Assembly: GCA_040954595.2 (NCBI GenBank)
Contig: CM082595.2
Location: forward strand, 7,484,317 to 7,548,316
Origin: Balanoglossus misakiensis
Lineage: Eukaryota > Animalia > Hemichordata
Direction of reading: 5' to 3'
DNA: 64,000 nt
The notes beneath the pieces are model-generated. The model ran no database searches. It saw nothing but the letters and a program-made list of their open reading frames with translations, and had not been told where the DNA came from. Positions 50,762-63,190 of this stretch are shown in pieces; position 1 is the first letter of the stretch, and every line of letters starts with the position of its first letter. Position numbers and translations under genes: made by a program.

Positions 50762-51370
50762 AGGGGAAATCCGTTGTAGCTGGTTTCTACATAATTTGGT
50801 AGCTTTGATGTCACTCTTTCAGAAAAAAACATATTCGCCATGTATAGGTCGCGCGATTTTTTACAAAATCTAGGGAAAGTTGGCAGAATTTCCAATATGG
50901 CGTTTACTGTAATTTGAATCATGGGAAAAAAAGCGCCAGGACCAACTTCCGCCCACCATGGTGTGGGTGATACCATTCTCCGATAGGTGTCACTGGGCGA
51001 CAGACTAGGCGTATTTTCATAGCTATTGTTTGTTCTTTGCATCAGTTGATAAACAATCATCAGCAAAGTCGAAAATTTGTCATCTATTGACAGTTTTCAT
51101 GAGCTATAACCCATCGAAAATATGCAAATACGCTTAGCTTGTGACGCAGTGACACCAATCGGAAAATGGTATCACCCACACTAAGGTGGGCGGAAGTTGG
51201 TCCTGGCGCTTTTTTTCCCATGATTCAAATTACAGTAAACGCCATATTGGAACTTTCTCTAGATTTTGTAAAAAATCGCGCGACCTATACATGGCGAATA
51301 TGTTGTTTTCTGAAAGAGTGACATCAAAGCTACCAAATTATGTAGAAATCAGCTACGACGGATTTCCCCT
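50762..51370. mobile_element. Kolobok-like foldback element with ~230-bp TIRs
   Basis: TTAA|AGGGGAAATCCG ... CGGATTTCCCCT|TTAA. Arms 50762-50995 and 51147-51370 are reverse complements apart from a ~10-bp indel. Confidence 0.85.
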
Positions 51371-53847
51371 TTAACTAAAGACAGTAGAGGGGAGGCGTCC
51401 ATCTTCCCCTCTACTGTCAATGGTTTGACCTATGATACAACCTTGGCGAATTGTTCATCCTAATCTAAGCTACTTTTGATGGAAATGTGTAAAAAGCATA
51501 CTTTCATCCTCAAGATAGTTGCCATGGAAATTTGTGTCCTCAAAACGGATAGTTTCGTTCGTTTTGAGCCAAGATATTAATTTTATATAAATCGTTTTTT
51601 TTTTGACAATTACAATAGGGTCAATCACACTAGGGCCCGGCCTGAGAAATGGCATGGTAAAATCATGGTATAACTATAACTACCGAAATTATTAAAATCA
51701 TTAAGTTATTTTTTTCAAAATTATTCTTTTTATTAAAATGGCCGCCATATTGGACTTTTGTGTGGCTAATTTTTTTAAACTTGTGGTCTTATATACGCCT
51801 ACATACCAATTCTCGTGCTTTTAAAACAATTTGAAACATTTTGCTCCAGTATATGGTGAATCTGATATACGGTTAAAATATTTCGCCAAGAGATTTAAAT
51901 TATGGATTGTGTTTAGGTATAGTAAGAGGCCCACGGACTGTCCAAATAAACCAACTGAAACATATCGGTATAATATGTGCCTTCCTCAATGGGATTTCAA
52001 CGAAACATGTCGACAATTCAGTCAAGCCTACCGAAGAAATATTTTTATTTGAAATGAAACTCTGAGTCAGATTTTGCAGTAGGCTTCTACAACCAGATAA
52101 TTCTGAGGGTATGTCAACCTTTCCTGTGAATAAAACTAGTATGTCCAAGTGTGTTACAAAACTCTAAAATTGTCAACGAGTTTGTTTAGCAAAAGTACAG
52201 TTTCGACCTCACTTACAATTCCTATTTGAAGTGGTTCTTCAGTAGTTAAAAACAACGGAATTTGCAAATATTTATCATGACTGTAAAATTGTATGACGGT
52301 AGAGAATCTTTAGTGTTAGCAGTAATTTATTCGCTTTATGTAGAAGTTATACCATGGAAATATCGCCATCAATTATAAGCTTACAAGAATAAGTGTTATG
52401 ATACATCAATTATGTGTGACTTGTGCTGTGTGTATTTATTATGAGATAAATGTCGTCTGGATGTAACTTTGCAGCCCTAGTATCTTTCAATGCAAATAAA
52501 ATATATCATGCAGAAACTTGTTCCTTAGTTTCAATTCTTGCCTTCGTCATCATACATGTTGTCGTTGTTGTTGATATCTTTATTCCTCCCTAATAAAGAA
52601 GAGTCACAGCAACATGAATTTTACAAAGATTTCACAACAGAGAAATGGTGAAGGGGTCGTTAAGAACAAAAGACAGGAGTAAGCAGAGAAAACTTCTTAT
52701 TTCGTAAGTGAGACGTAATTCGTCACCATTTGCAAACCTGAAGATAGGGCAAGAGAATACTGAAGTCATATTGAACAGCACAGGGGCTGCACGTTTGTGA
52801 TTGACAGAGAGGAATGGAAATGCAAGCATATTTAAAAGAAAAAAATGAACTTTTATTTGTTGTACAGGAAACAAATGTAACAATGTATGTTTGTACGTAC
52901 TATACCATATACAGTGAACTTTTGTAGTCAATGAAACGATCATTTGTTGGAAAATCACCATAGTTGAACAATGTTAGGATACAATAACTATTTATCTGCG
53001 GCGAGAGAGAAAATGTGAAAAAAACAGAAAGCCTAGGTACAGCACTAGAATTTTGTTCAATCAACTAACCTGGAGGGTAACATCCCACTTTCAAAGACAC
53101 AGCTGTTATCAGCCATGCCTATAACCAAAACCATGCTAGCTCAGAACAAAACATCCACAGAAAATATGACCGATGTTTTCAGTGACAAAATCTGTCCCAA
53201 CGCAATGGACATGCTAGAGATATTTGCATGAGTCATCACTGGGGAAAAATTTCAGAACAAGTAACTGAGTCATTTTTTAATAACTACTGTCTATGGCACG
53301 GTATACAAACAATGCACACAGAGTGGTCACAATTAGTCAGTTGAATCTCTAGTCCATTACAATGTTAACATTTTACTTTTGCACTAAACTGAAATGGGAT
53401 CCAGGCATCTCCAAGTAATTAATATCATTTGATGTAACATGAAGCAAACTAACCAAATTGTCCCTTTAACCCTTTCACTCCCAGTTCCCTCTATAGAGGG
53501 CCAGCCTTTTGAGAGAGGAGATACAAATTTTATAAAATATGAAATGGAGCCATGGTCAACCAATCTCGTACACTGGGACAATTTCTCTCTCGATGTCCCT
53601 GTCATCACTATGACGTCATTGCAGATCTCTCAGACACTTGAATTTTGTACCATTGTACACAATGCTCAAGTTGATTATCAATAAATAGAAGAGTTGAACT
53701 TTGGACCAAAAATTTGTGAGTGAAAGTTGAGGGACTGTGAGTGACATTTGAGTGTGTGTCGATTAACAATATTGATTTACCCAAGATAAACCTACTTTAG
53801 AAAATGTAGTCGCTGCTTTTTTTAGTAGAGAGGGGGATTTTCCTCGT

Positions 53848-53850
<3 letters not shown>

Positions 53851-53918
<68 letters not shown>
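53851..53918. repeat. (TC)n microsatellite
   Basis: Direct reading. Confidence 0.95.
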
Positions 53919-53921
<3 letters not shown>

Positions 53922-55822
53922 ACTAGTAGTCTGGATTCTGCACTAACTTTACATGACTCATAAGCTGAACACTCGGCTGGCCCGTTTGAAAATATTACAC
54001 GTTCTGTGTCATGAAATCGTGTCAAAAATTTATATCAATCTATCAATTCCATCCATCAATCCATCCATTCAGCCATCTCTACACTTCCTTTCGCATTGCT
54101 ATGCACACCGATAAGCATCGCGTGTTATATATCAATGACGGAAAATGTACACCTTTCATACACACCATTATGATCTCACATGTCGAAAGGAAAATGATAA
54201 TTCTTTTGCCAACTTTCTTTTCACTTTCTGCTTCTGGCCCGAAGTTATACATAGCGCCCTCTACAGAGGAAAACGTTGAATCGTACAACTTCGGGAATTT
54301 TCGGAATGAAATATGGTGGATTGATTATAGTCGGATTTTTCGCAAAATTTATGAAGATTCCGAAGAATTGAATTGGTCAGGGTGAGTAAATTTAAGGTTT
54401 TTGTTTGACATGGTGAACCAAGACTGCGATGACATTGAAAGTATGTCACGTTGTCGTTCTGTATCATGATGTTCTTGACTGTCAATTTCGGCCCTGTGGA
54501 GTGTAGAATCTAGAACTATGACATCAGTCCAAAATCAATGGCGTTGTTGTGGACATTCATTTAGCGGTATTTTTGAATAGGCCTTCAGGGTGCCCGATCC
54601 CAGGGTTCGATATCCCCCTTTTTATGACATGGTGGGCCGTATGGACCACCAAATGCAAAATATGGTGGTAAATGATGCATGTTTACGGTATTTACCATCT
54701 AATACAGGTATCTAATTATACATGCAAATTAGGCCGCGCGGCAGTCACACAAATCTGGGTAAGTAAGGGGGTCAGAGGAATTGAAGTGGGGGGGGGGGGG
54801 GGCTTAAATTTTTTTCAAAGGCATTGAGCGGGGGGGGGGGGTCAGAAAAAATATTAACATTTTTTTTTCAAAAATCCTGCTACCCCTACTCTTTTTCTTT
54901 CTATTTCATTCAGTAACTTGCAACTCACACAAAGCTGGGAAACTGAAAATGGTCGCTCAGCACAGTTGTTGTTGTTGTTTTAATTGTTAGGGGAGAACCA
55001 TTTGATTTCTAGGGGAGGAGATGGAGGATTTTTTCAGCTACTGTCACAGCATTTTTTTCTATTGCCAGTCCACCATTTTTCTCAAGGTATACTGTGATGC
55101 AGAAGCAAGTTACATTTTCCTCTGTACCATCTGCCAACAATCCCCTCCCCCTCAAAAAAAATCCTCAAATGGGGATCTCCGAATTTTGCTCAAAAGTGGG
55201 GGTTACACTACATTCTGTCACATAGGCAACTGCAATGCCACATGTGAAGATGTTCACAAAATGAAAATGAAGGACAAAATCAAGAAAGTTTCCTTCTTCC
55301 AAAGGAAAATCAATTGTGTACCCAGCTCAGATTCAATCTCATTTTGAAGTTGTTGCTGTTTTAGCATTGGGAGATGGGTGGAAGGTTTTGCCATTTATCC
55401 TTGGGTATTTTTCGCGTTTGTCTGTCTTTTTTCACAAGCTGCATTACAACTGTTGCATTACAGTGCACGTTTTGGATCAGGTTAACATGTTACACCATTT
55501 GAACACTAAAATATTCAGCGAAATGTCCTGTTACATGGAATGAAAGTGGACGCACTGACCTCACAGCTACATCACAGCAATTCAGGTGCAAATCTAATTA
55601 TTTAAATTTGGTACTTTACACCTTCAGTTGAAAGCAAACATCAACAATGAACTGGACAGGATGAATGCAGTTATCCAGAGAAAATAGGAAGAACTGACAA
55701 GGCCATGGCTAAGCTTCTGAAGGTCAGATGGAAAAACTGTTGAAAGAAAATTATAAGTTCCAGGAAGACATGGGACTCAGCGGTAAGTTAAACATACTCT
55801 TATGTCCGGTTACATTTACCAG

Positions 55823-56209
55823 TAGTCTAGAATCTATCCGTTCGTTGTCGCATTCACCCTACTACCGTCTAGGAACGCAGAACCAAAATCTAGTAAGGCC
55901 ATAAAAATGGTAATTTGAATGTGAATAGTCTCCAACTGAGCAATCTGACGTCAAGCGTCACCACGTGATCATGATTATGTATCATTCGGGGCAGAGCTAC
56001 ATTGTAAACATAATTAACATTCAACGTCATCATTCAACGGCCAATCAGTAGTCGGTCAACGTAAGTGATTGACTTCTCTGACGTCAGACTGCTCAGTTGG
56101 AGACTATTCACATTCAAATTACCATTTTTATGGCCTTACTAGATTTTGGTTCTGCGTTTCTAGACGGTAGTAGGGTGAATGCGACTACGAATGGATAGAT
56201 TCTAGACTA
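55823..56209. mobile_element. AcademH-like MITE, 131-bp TIRs, perfect 9-bp TSD
   Basis: ATTTACCAG|TAGTCTAGAATCTATCC ... GGATAGATTCTAGACTA|ATTTACCAG. Arms at 55823-55953 and 56079-56209. Confidence 0.85.
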
Positions 56210-56215
56210 ATTTAC

Positions 56216-56579
56216 CAGAGGTTCCGTTAGATTTTTTTTCCATGCGTCCTTCAATACGCATTCAGAATTTACTTGCCGTAAAATGTATCAAAATTGCATA
56301 GGAAGTTGAAAGCCTGTAACAGAACACCACCATACAGTGTTGCAAAGTTTAATCTGTAATGTTGCCTGAGTGAAAATTGCAACATTTCTGTGTGTTAATG
56401 TTGCAAAGTTACATGCGCGTCCAGTTATTTTTAGCTTGTAAGCCTTGCTCAATACAATTTCCTTATCTCTAGTGGCTAATGTCAACGGTCCTGGTGTACG
56501 CGTCCATCATGATTGTCTTTGCGTAATTATGGTCAGAAAGGCGTAAAATACGCATGATTTTGCGTTAACGGAACCACTG
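56216..56579. mobile_element. hAT-like MITE with 6-bp TSD
   Basis: ATTTAC|CAGAGGTTCCGTTA ... TAACGGAACCACTG|ATTTAC (13/14 TIR match). Confidence 0.65.
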
Positions 56580-56949
56580 ATTTACACCATTTGAAATCTG
56601 AAAAAACTCCTGTAGATTGTCCTGTATTATATTACTGTATAATTCTTCAGATAAATACTTCTTTGTAAAATTTTAATGTTTTGGACATCAATTTTTCTTA
56701 GGATTTATTTTACATTGTGTACTGTGCATTAATATGCAAATTAACACAGGCTGGCAGTAAGCCTATGTACTACATCATGTATATGAGTGATATCCTATTA
56801 AGGGCAACTGGTCCCCCCTTGACAAATTACTAGGAGGTACTTGTACCAACATGGCAATGGGCTGCTGCAGTCTTGATTCATTTCAAGACAGCAAGATAGA
56901 TAGACTGCTGGGGGTGACTTTTTCTATTCCTGATGCCTGCCCATAAATT

Positions 56950-58560
56950 TACAGCTGTAGTGATGTCAAACTAATCAGGTGATGGACCTTCGATTGACAC
57001 TATCATCAAGGAATTCAAAATCTTCTGCGCATGTACTTGGGACCAGCTTGAGAAATTGCGACTGGGATCATATTTGAGACTTTGCAATGCCAGAATATAG
57101 GCCTTCAATTTCTGCTGCACCTGAACAAATATCAAGTTTCTTGCTGAGTATTTCAAGTGTATTATTGAGGAAATAAGCTGTAGCAGGGAATTTGTAACAA
57201 CCTGTCTGATTGCGCAACCCTGGTGCTTTCACATTTTGTTTAGCCAAACTTTGAAAGCAAGTTATCAAAGCAATCTACACAACTGATCACAGACGCAACA
57301 GATCTGTGAAATGAAAGCCATCAAACGTTTGCTCTAATGTTATGCATCTGTCTTAACTGTATTTCGAAAGTTCCTTGGCAATTAGTGAAAGAATATGAAA
57401 ATGGCATTAATGACTTCTTAAAACTTTACTAGATATCCAACATTATCACCAGCATTGGCCACTGGCCAGTGCTAATCTGTGGGCCAGGCAATGATAGCTG
57501 ACTATGTTGGGGTTCATTTTCTGTTTAAATTGTGTTGTTACATCAGTTTTTGTTCCCGTCATAACCGATGCACCATCTATAGAAGAGCTATTACGTTTTT
57601 TTTAGGTCCCATTGGTATAGGCATACCGTGGGACCTTATGGGATCGGTTGTGTCTGTATGTATGTATGTATGTATGTATGTATGTATGTATGTATGTATG
57701 TATGTCTGTCCACATCAAAAACTTGAAAACCGCTGCGTGTATCACCTTGATATTTGGTGTGCAGATGCAGGCTGGGCTGTAGATGGGAATTTGTTCAAAT
57801 TAAAGTGTCATCGCCAAAAATATGCAAATTAGCTGGAAAAATGTGAATTTGGTCAAAACTCAGTAACTCAAGAACTACTGGTCAGATTGCTGTGCAAAGT
57901 GGTGTGTATTTACTTTATTGAGTTGTTTTAAATAGGCAGGACGTTCCCTGGTGTGATTGATTTACACAGCAAATTCCTGAATGATTACATAACTGGCTGA
58001 GTTTTAAAGAGGTCAGCTGTTCTATTTAGTGTATGTAAAGTACATATGCCATTGGCAGCTTATGGGTCAGTCAGTGCTTGCCCATTGATCTCTCGCTATG
58101 TGTGTGTGTGTGTCTGTCTGTCTGTATATGGCCATGTACTCCGGTGTAGACTTTTTCTTGTGTAATAACTCAATGGGACCACTGTGTCCTTGACGCGATT
58201 TTTATCAAGACCTTTAGACTCCAAGCAAGATATAACAGGAGAATTGCAATCTGGCAAATTTTCCAGAGATAGGAAATGGGATTTTATTCCAGTAGAATCA
58301 ACAGATCGCATGTATATCATCAAAGTGGAATTAACAGAAACATCAGTGCTCTCATTGTAGCGTTGGCTGTGACGGTGCATTGTCGATGAACAACAACACA
58401 TTTCTTCTTTGGCGTCGCATCGTATGGTCAAATTTGCATTCCCAGTCTTCAAATATCGCATAGTTCATCCATGCTTTCCGGTTAAGCATGATAGTCTACG
58501 GGCAAAGTCTTTGGGTCGATGATCTTGAAACACCTTGGATTTTTCGACTTGCCTATCACC
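56950..58560 (-). pseudogene. Decayed hAT (ZNF862-type) transposase, interrupted by a HINE
   Basis: Minus-strand motifs in order: NESTDVSVNSTLMIYMR...HFLSLENL, [HINE 57604-58198], IDGASVMTG...HCLAHRLALA, *WLSF (RWLS), LNSLMIVSIEGP (dimerisation domain). Stops and frameshifts present. Confidence 0.8.
57604..58198 (+). mobile_element. HINE/DINE-1-like element, same family as 23592-24192
   Basis: Colinear with 23592-24192, with (TATG)n and T-runs on both flanks. Confidence 0.85.
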
Positions 58561-58590
58561 AATGGTCATTCTTTCTCGCCAACCATGTTG

Positions 58591-58888
58591 GGATCTGGTT
58601 CTCTAATTGGACAGGACTGGGCGATACCATTACTTTTTATGAGGGGTTAGGGTTAGGGTTAGAGTTCTTTAGAGTTCTTTAGAGTTCTTTAAGAAACGAA
58701 ATGCTCTGATCATTACTGTGGGTTGCTTTTTCGTCTTGCCGACAAAATGCCATTGTTGAAACTGATGTCATTTCCCGCTTTCAGTAGACTATTTTTAGAG
58801 CTGGACACCTTCATTGCCACCCCTCGCCCCCTAAAATTAATGGTATCGCCCAGGGGGTATAGTTGTGTCCACTAAGAGAACCAGATCC
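58591..58888. mobile_element. MITE with 23-bp TIRs and 8-bp TSD carrying (TTAGGG)-type repeats
   Basis: CCATGTTG|GGATCTGGTTCTCTAATTGGACA ... TGTCCACTAAGAGAACCAGATCC|CCATGTTG. GGGTTAGGGTTAGGGTTAG at 58644-58662, then (AGAGTTCTTT)x3. Confidence 0.8.
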
Positions 58889-60294
58889 CCATGTTGGCAC
58901 AAAACGCGAAAGTCAGTCTGTCTTTTGATTTCATTCCGCCTCTACATTCGTTCGCCTCGCGAATAAAATTCTGTTCCCTGTTGATTTGAAGAAAAGCCTT
59001 GTCTTGTCCATGTTGTAAACATCTCTCGGCTCATAACCGTCGAGTAGCGATGGTAATTTCTTTTTCAGTCGGCGATGACATTGTTGTCGACATCTCCACT
59101 TTCACCTGACATTATGCAGAAACCCACATTACGATGCCGTTGGAAAAAGTCCAGCCAGCCGTTCGATGCTTTGAAGTCATCGACTCTCGACAATTACGCC
59201 CGAAAATGTTGCAATTGCCACTTAGGCAACATGATAGATTAAACTTTGTATCAAAGTATGGTGGTGTTCTATTACAGCCTTTCAAGTGCCTATGCAATTT
59301 GTTTACATTTTACGCAAATGAATGCATATTGAAGTACGGAATAGGAAAAAATTTAACAGAACCTGTGCTTGATGCTATGTTTGCGTTTTGTAAATGTGGC
59401 CAGTCCTACCATGCCGCCAGACAGTTTATATTTAAAGACAAAGATACATGTTTACTTACCAATTGATGATTTCTATTCTGGAAATCTTGATTTTCTTTTC
59501 AACTTTCTGTCCTGCAGGAACTTTCCATGTGATCTGAGAAGACTGCGGAGGGGAGTGTTGATGTTGAATATTGCAGAAATGGATCTACATCACAACTATA
59601 CAGCTGATCATTGAGGAGGGAAGTAATGTTATTTTATACTATGTGTTTTATTCTTTAGCTTGGCACCTGCCATGTACATTGCAAGATGGTGCAGAATTGC
59701 AAACACTAGCCTGCTGCAAAACATGGTATATTTGCATATTTCGAATGTTAATTCAAATGTAAATTTCCGGTAAGAAGGATAGGTGTATCGTACTGATCAC
59801 CATCAATCGCGTTTAAGCTGGAGCAATTATAAATCTTAAAATCAACGACAATTGAAAGACAAATTTATAATGAGAACAATCAATCTGTGAATGAAATGTG
59901 TATTGAGAACTGTACGATGGATACAACCAAGAGTAACTTTCACTGAACACCAGTGCATTGGGTTTTGTCATCATAAAGGTAAGAGTGTGTAGTTTGTAGA
60001 ATGTAGTTTGATTTAAGACAGAACATTTTACTAAGGTGTGAAATACAGTAATAATTCAATAATAGACAGGGATAATATTACCAAGTGTAGATTACTGCTG
60101 TAAATTATAATTTTGAGTGTTTATAGGATAGGGTATGATAAAGTTGTAAAATATGTATTAAACAAGAACCACCCCCCCCCCCTTTATTATTCATTAAAAA
60201 TATAAAAATATGAAACCTTGACTATACAGATAATGTGATAATAATATGCAAAACTAGGATGAGGATGATGAAGTTGATAAACAATAAATAAACA

Positions 60295-60394
60295 CAACAA
60301 TAATAATGATTATGTTGATGATAGAACAAATAATAACTAATGATAATTACAGTTATGGTGATGATATGATGATATAATTACATAAATAATAAAA

Positions 60395-60430
<36 letters not shown>

Positions 60431-60680
60431 AAAATGATGATGGAGATGTTGGTAATAGAAAAAATAATAACTTATAATGATTACAGTTATGATATAATAA
60501 CATAAATAATAAAATTGGTGATGACGATGATGTTGATGATGATGATTAATTAATAATGATGGTGCTGCTGATGATCATGACTTAAAAAATAATAATTATA
60601 ATGACAATGATGATGTTTATGATGATGTAACAAAAAAAACTAATGATGATGATGATGTTGTTGATGATGATGATGAATAC
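60295..60680. repeat. (GAT)/(AAT)-rich compound low-complexity repeat
   Basis: Direct reading. Confidence 0.85.
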
Positions 60681-62289
60681 TTTATAGTTGTGTTGTCAGT
60701 GTTGTATTGTCAGATTCTGGTGGATCTTCAGGATACTTTGAGATGTATAAGGCTGGATAATGAATATTGTTCGAGAAGGTATAGGTTGTGATTGTATGAT
60801 TCTTAATGGTCTTAATTTAATCCAAAATAATTAGTGAAATGTTATGTCTGTTAGACTAGGAATTGTGGTCGTAGTGGTATTAAGTAACAGAATAATAATG
60901 TTAGTGAAGGTTTTTTTAGCTATAAATATAACACATTGATGTATTTTAATCAAAACAGTCAGTCACATTCGTCTTAAATATTCGTCTGAATTGGTAGCCT
61001 AAACACTTTGCGTAGTTGATATTGCATACTTTGTGATTCTGTGTACAGAGTTTTGTGAGACAAATTAGAGTAAGATGAGCCCAGTACATAGAGCTGTTGG
61101 TGAAAACATTTATGACTGGTATAATCATTGATATGACTGTTATTGGTGAATTAAATGTTTGTTTTTTCTAGGAATGACACTGCAGTTTTGACTGTGGTAT
61201 TTAATGGGTTTTTGTATAATATTATATTTCAGCATCTAACTTCTACAAATAATAAAATCAGAACGAATACATTTGTTTTAATGTAAATCTCATTATAGGT
61301 TGTATGATTGGTGATGGGATCAAGAAAAGAGAAGACAGTTGCAATAAATTAATGAACTATTCTTTTCTCAGGGCATCACTAACAATATTTTTCACATGGA
61401 CTCACTATAATATGTTGAATATTAGTTTTTTTGCTGATAATGTCTGGAAACTCGTATATATAATGCAATGACACTGCAGTTGGATAGACTGTGGTATTTA
61501 ATGTGTTTTTGTATAATATTTTATTTTGGTCGTATCAAGGTGCACCTTGTACAGGGTTTCATATGTGACTAAATTTGGGTGTCCCCATTCTGACCTGGCC
61601 AGTCAGATTTGGGGATTACATACCTTGCACTCGCAAACATGACATACCTTGCACGCGCAAACATGACATACCGTACAAGTAACCACTCACTCAGATTGTT
61701 GATAATTAGAAGTTTCTGATTTATTAAACTGGTATAATTTTGATCGCAATGTATTTGAATTGAATGAATGATTTCATTCCAGAGTACCGTATATTATTAA
61801 ACATTGCATATATAACATTTGTATTCCAGAATTAAATATCGCATCATATAACTTTTGTTTTCCAGATATGTACCTGAATTTTATTGTGTTTAAATACCAT
61901 CCAGTCAGTTTCACCAACAGCTCATTGTCTTCCCCCTTTTCACCAATACAGTGAGCATTCATTTGTATTGGAAAGCAATTTGTCTGTTTTGGAAATTGCA
62001 GTAATTTAATAAAGCAACATTCAGAATTGCTGGTGTGTAATATCAGCTATGCATATTAATAATTACCATTTGAAAGTTTAATATTACAATATTCATAGAC
62101 TTACTAAATTATGCACTGATGATAATAATAAACATATATAATATTTAAGAGTATAATACAGCTAGAATAATACACTATTGACTTTAGATTTCGTAGAATG
62201 CAGTTGGTAGGGTTTCTGATTTTTATGGGTTTAAAATTCTGATTTTATTTCTGTGATGGTGGTGGCGGTTTTGATGTTAATTGTGTTTA

Positions 62290-62967
62290 CTAATTGTTAT
62301 GGTGATGACTTTGATGGTTGTTCTGATGTTGATGGCAGTCGTGATGATGATGATTATGGTGGTGGTGATGACGATGATTTAAAACATAAATAATAAATGT
62401 GTAAACGATGATTGTGATGAGTAAAAGATAAATAAGAAATATGTAAATGATGATGGTGATGATGATTAAAAGATAAAAAAAATGTTTAGATGATGATGAT
62501 GGCAATGATGATGATGATGATGATGATGGTGATGACGATGATTTAAAACAAATAATAAATGTGTAAACGATGATTGTGATGATTAAAAGATAAATAAGAA
62601 ATATGTAAATGATGATGGTTATGATTAAAAGATAAAAAAATGTTTAGATGATGATGGCAATGATGATGATGATGATGATGATTTAAAACATAAATAATAA
62701 ATGTGTAAACGATGATTGCGATGATTAAAAGATAAATAAGAAATATGTAAATGATGATGGTGATGATTAAAAGATAAAAAATGTTTAGATGCTGATGATG
62801 GTGGTGGCGGTGATGACAATGATTTAAAACAAAAATAATAAAAATGTAATCGGTTATTGTGATGATTAAAAGATAAATAATAAGATATATGTAAATGATG
62901 ATGATGATGATTAAAACAAACAAGAAATATGTAACTAACGATGGTGATGATTAAAAGATAAATAAGA

Positions 62968-63000
<33 letters not shown>

Positions 63001-63190
63001 AAAACATAAATAAGAAATATGTAAATGATGATGGTGATGATTAAAAGATAAAAAAAATGGTTAGATGATGATGATGATGATGATTATGATGACGATGATT
63101 AAACGATAAATAATAAATGTATAGATGATGACAATGATGATTAAAAGATAAACGGCAATGATGATGATTGTGATTTAAAGATAAATAAGG
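62290..63190. repeat. (GAT)n-seeded minisatellite with ~40-bp subunits and ~140-160-bp higher-order repeats
   Basis: Recurring GATGATTAAAAGATAAATAAGAAATATGTAAAT and AAATAATAAATGTGTAAACGATGATTG blocks separated by (GAT)n. Confidence 0.85.

Noticed and set aside
53466-53730. piggyBac-like MITE (TTAA|CCCTTTCACTC ... GAGTGAAAG)
   Set aside because: The right end is degenerate and lacks a TTAA TSD.
58644-58662. Telomere or chromosome-fusion scar
   Set aside because: Only about three TTAGGG units, enclosed in a TIR/TSD-bounded MITE.
59134-59466. 110-aa plus-strand ORF
   Set aside because: No recognisable domain or convincing splice context, and it lies in a transposon-rich zone.
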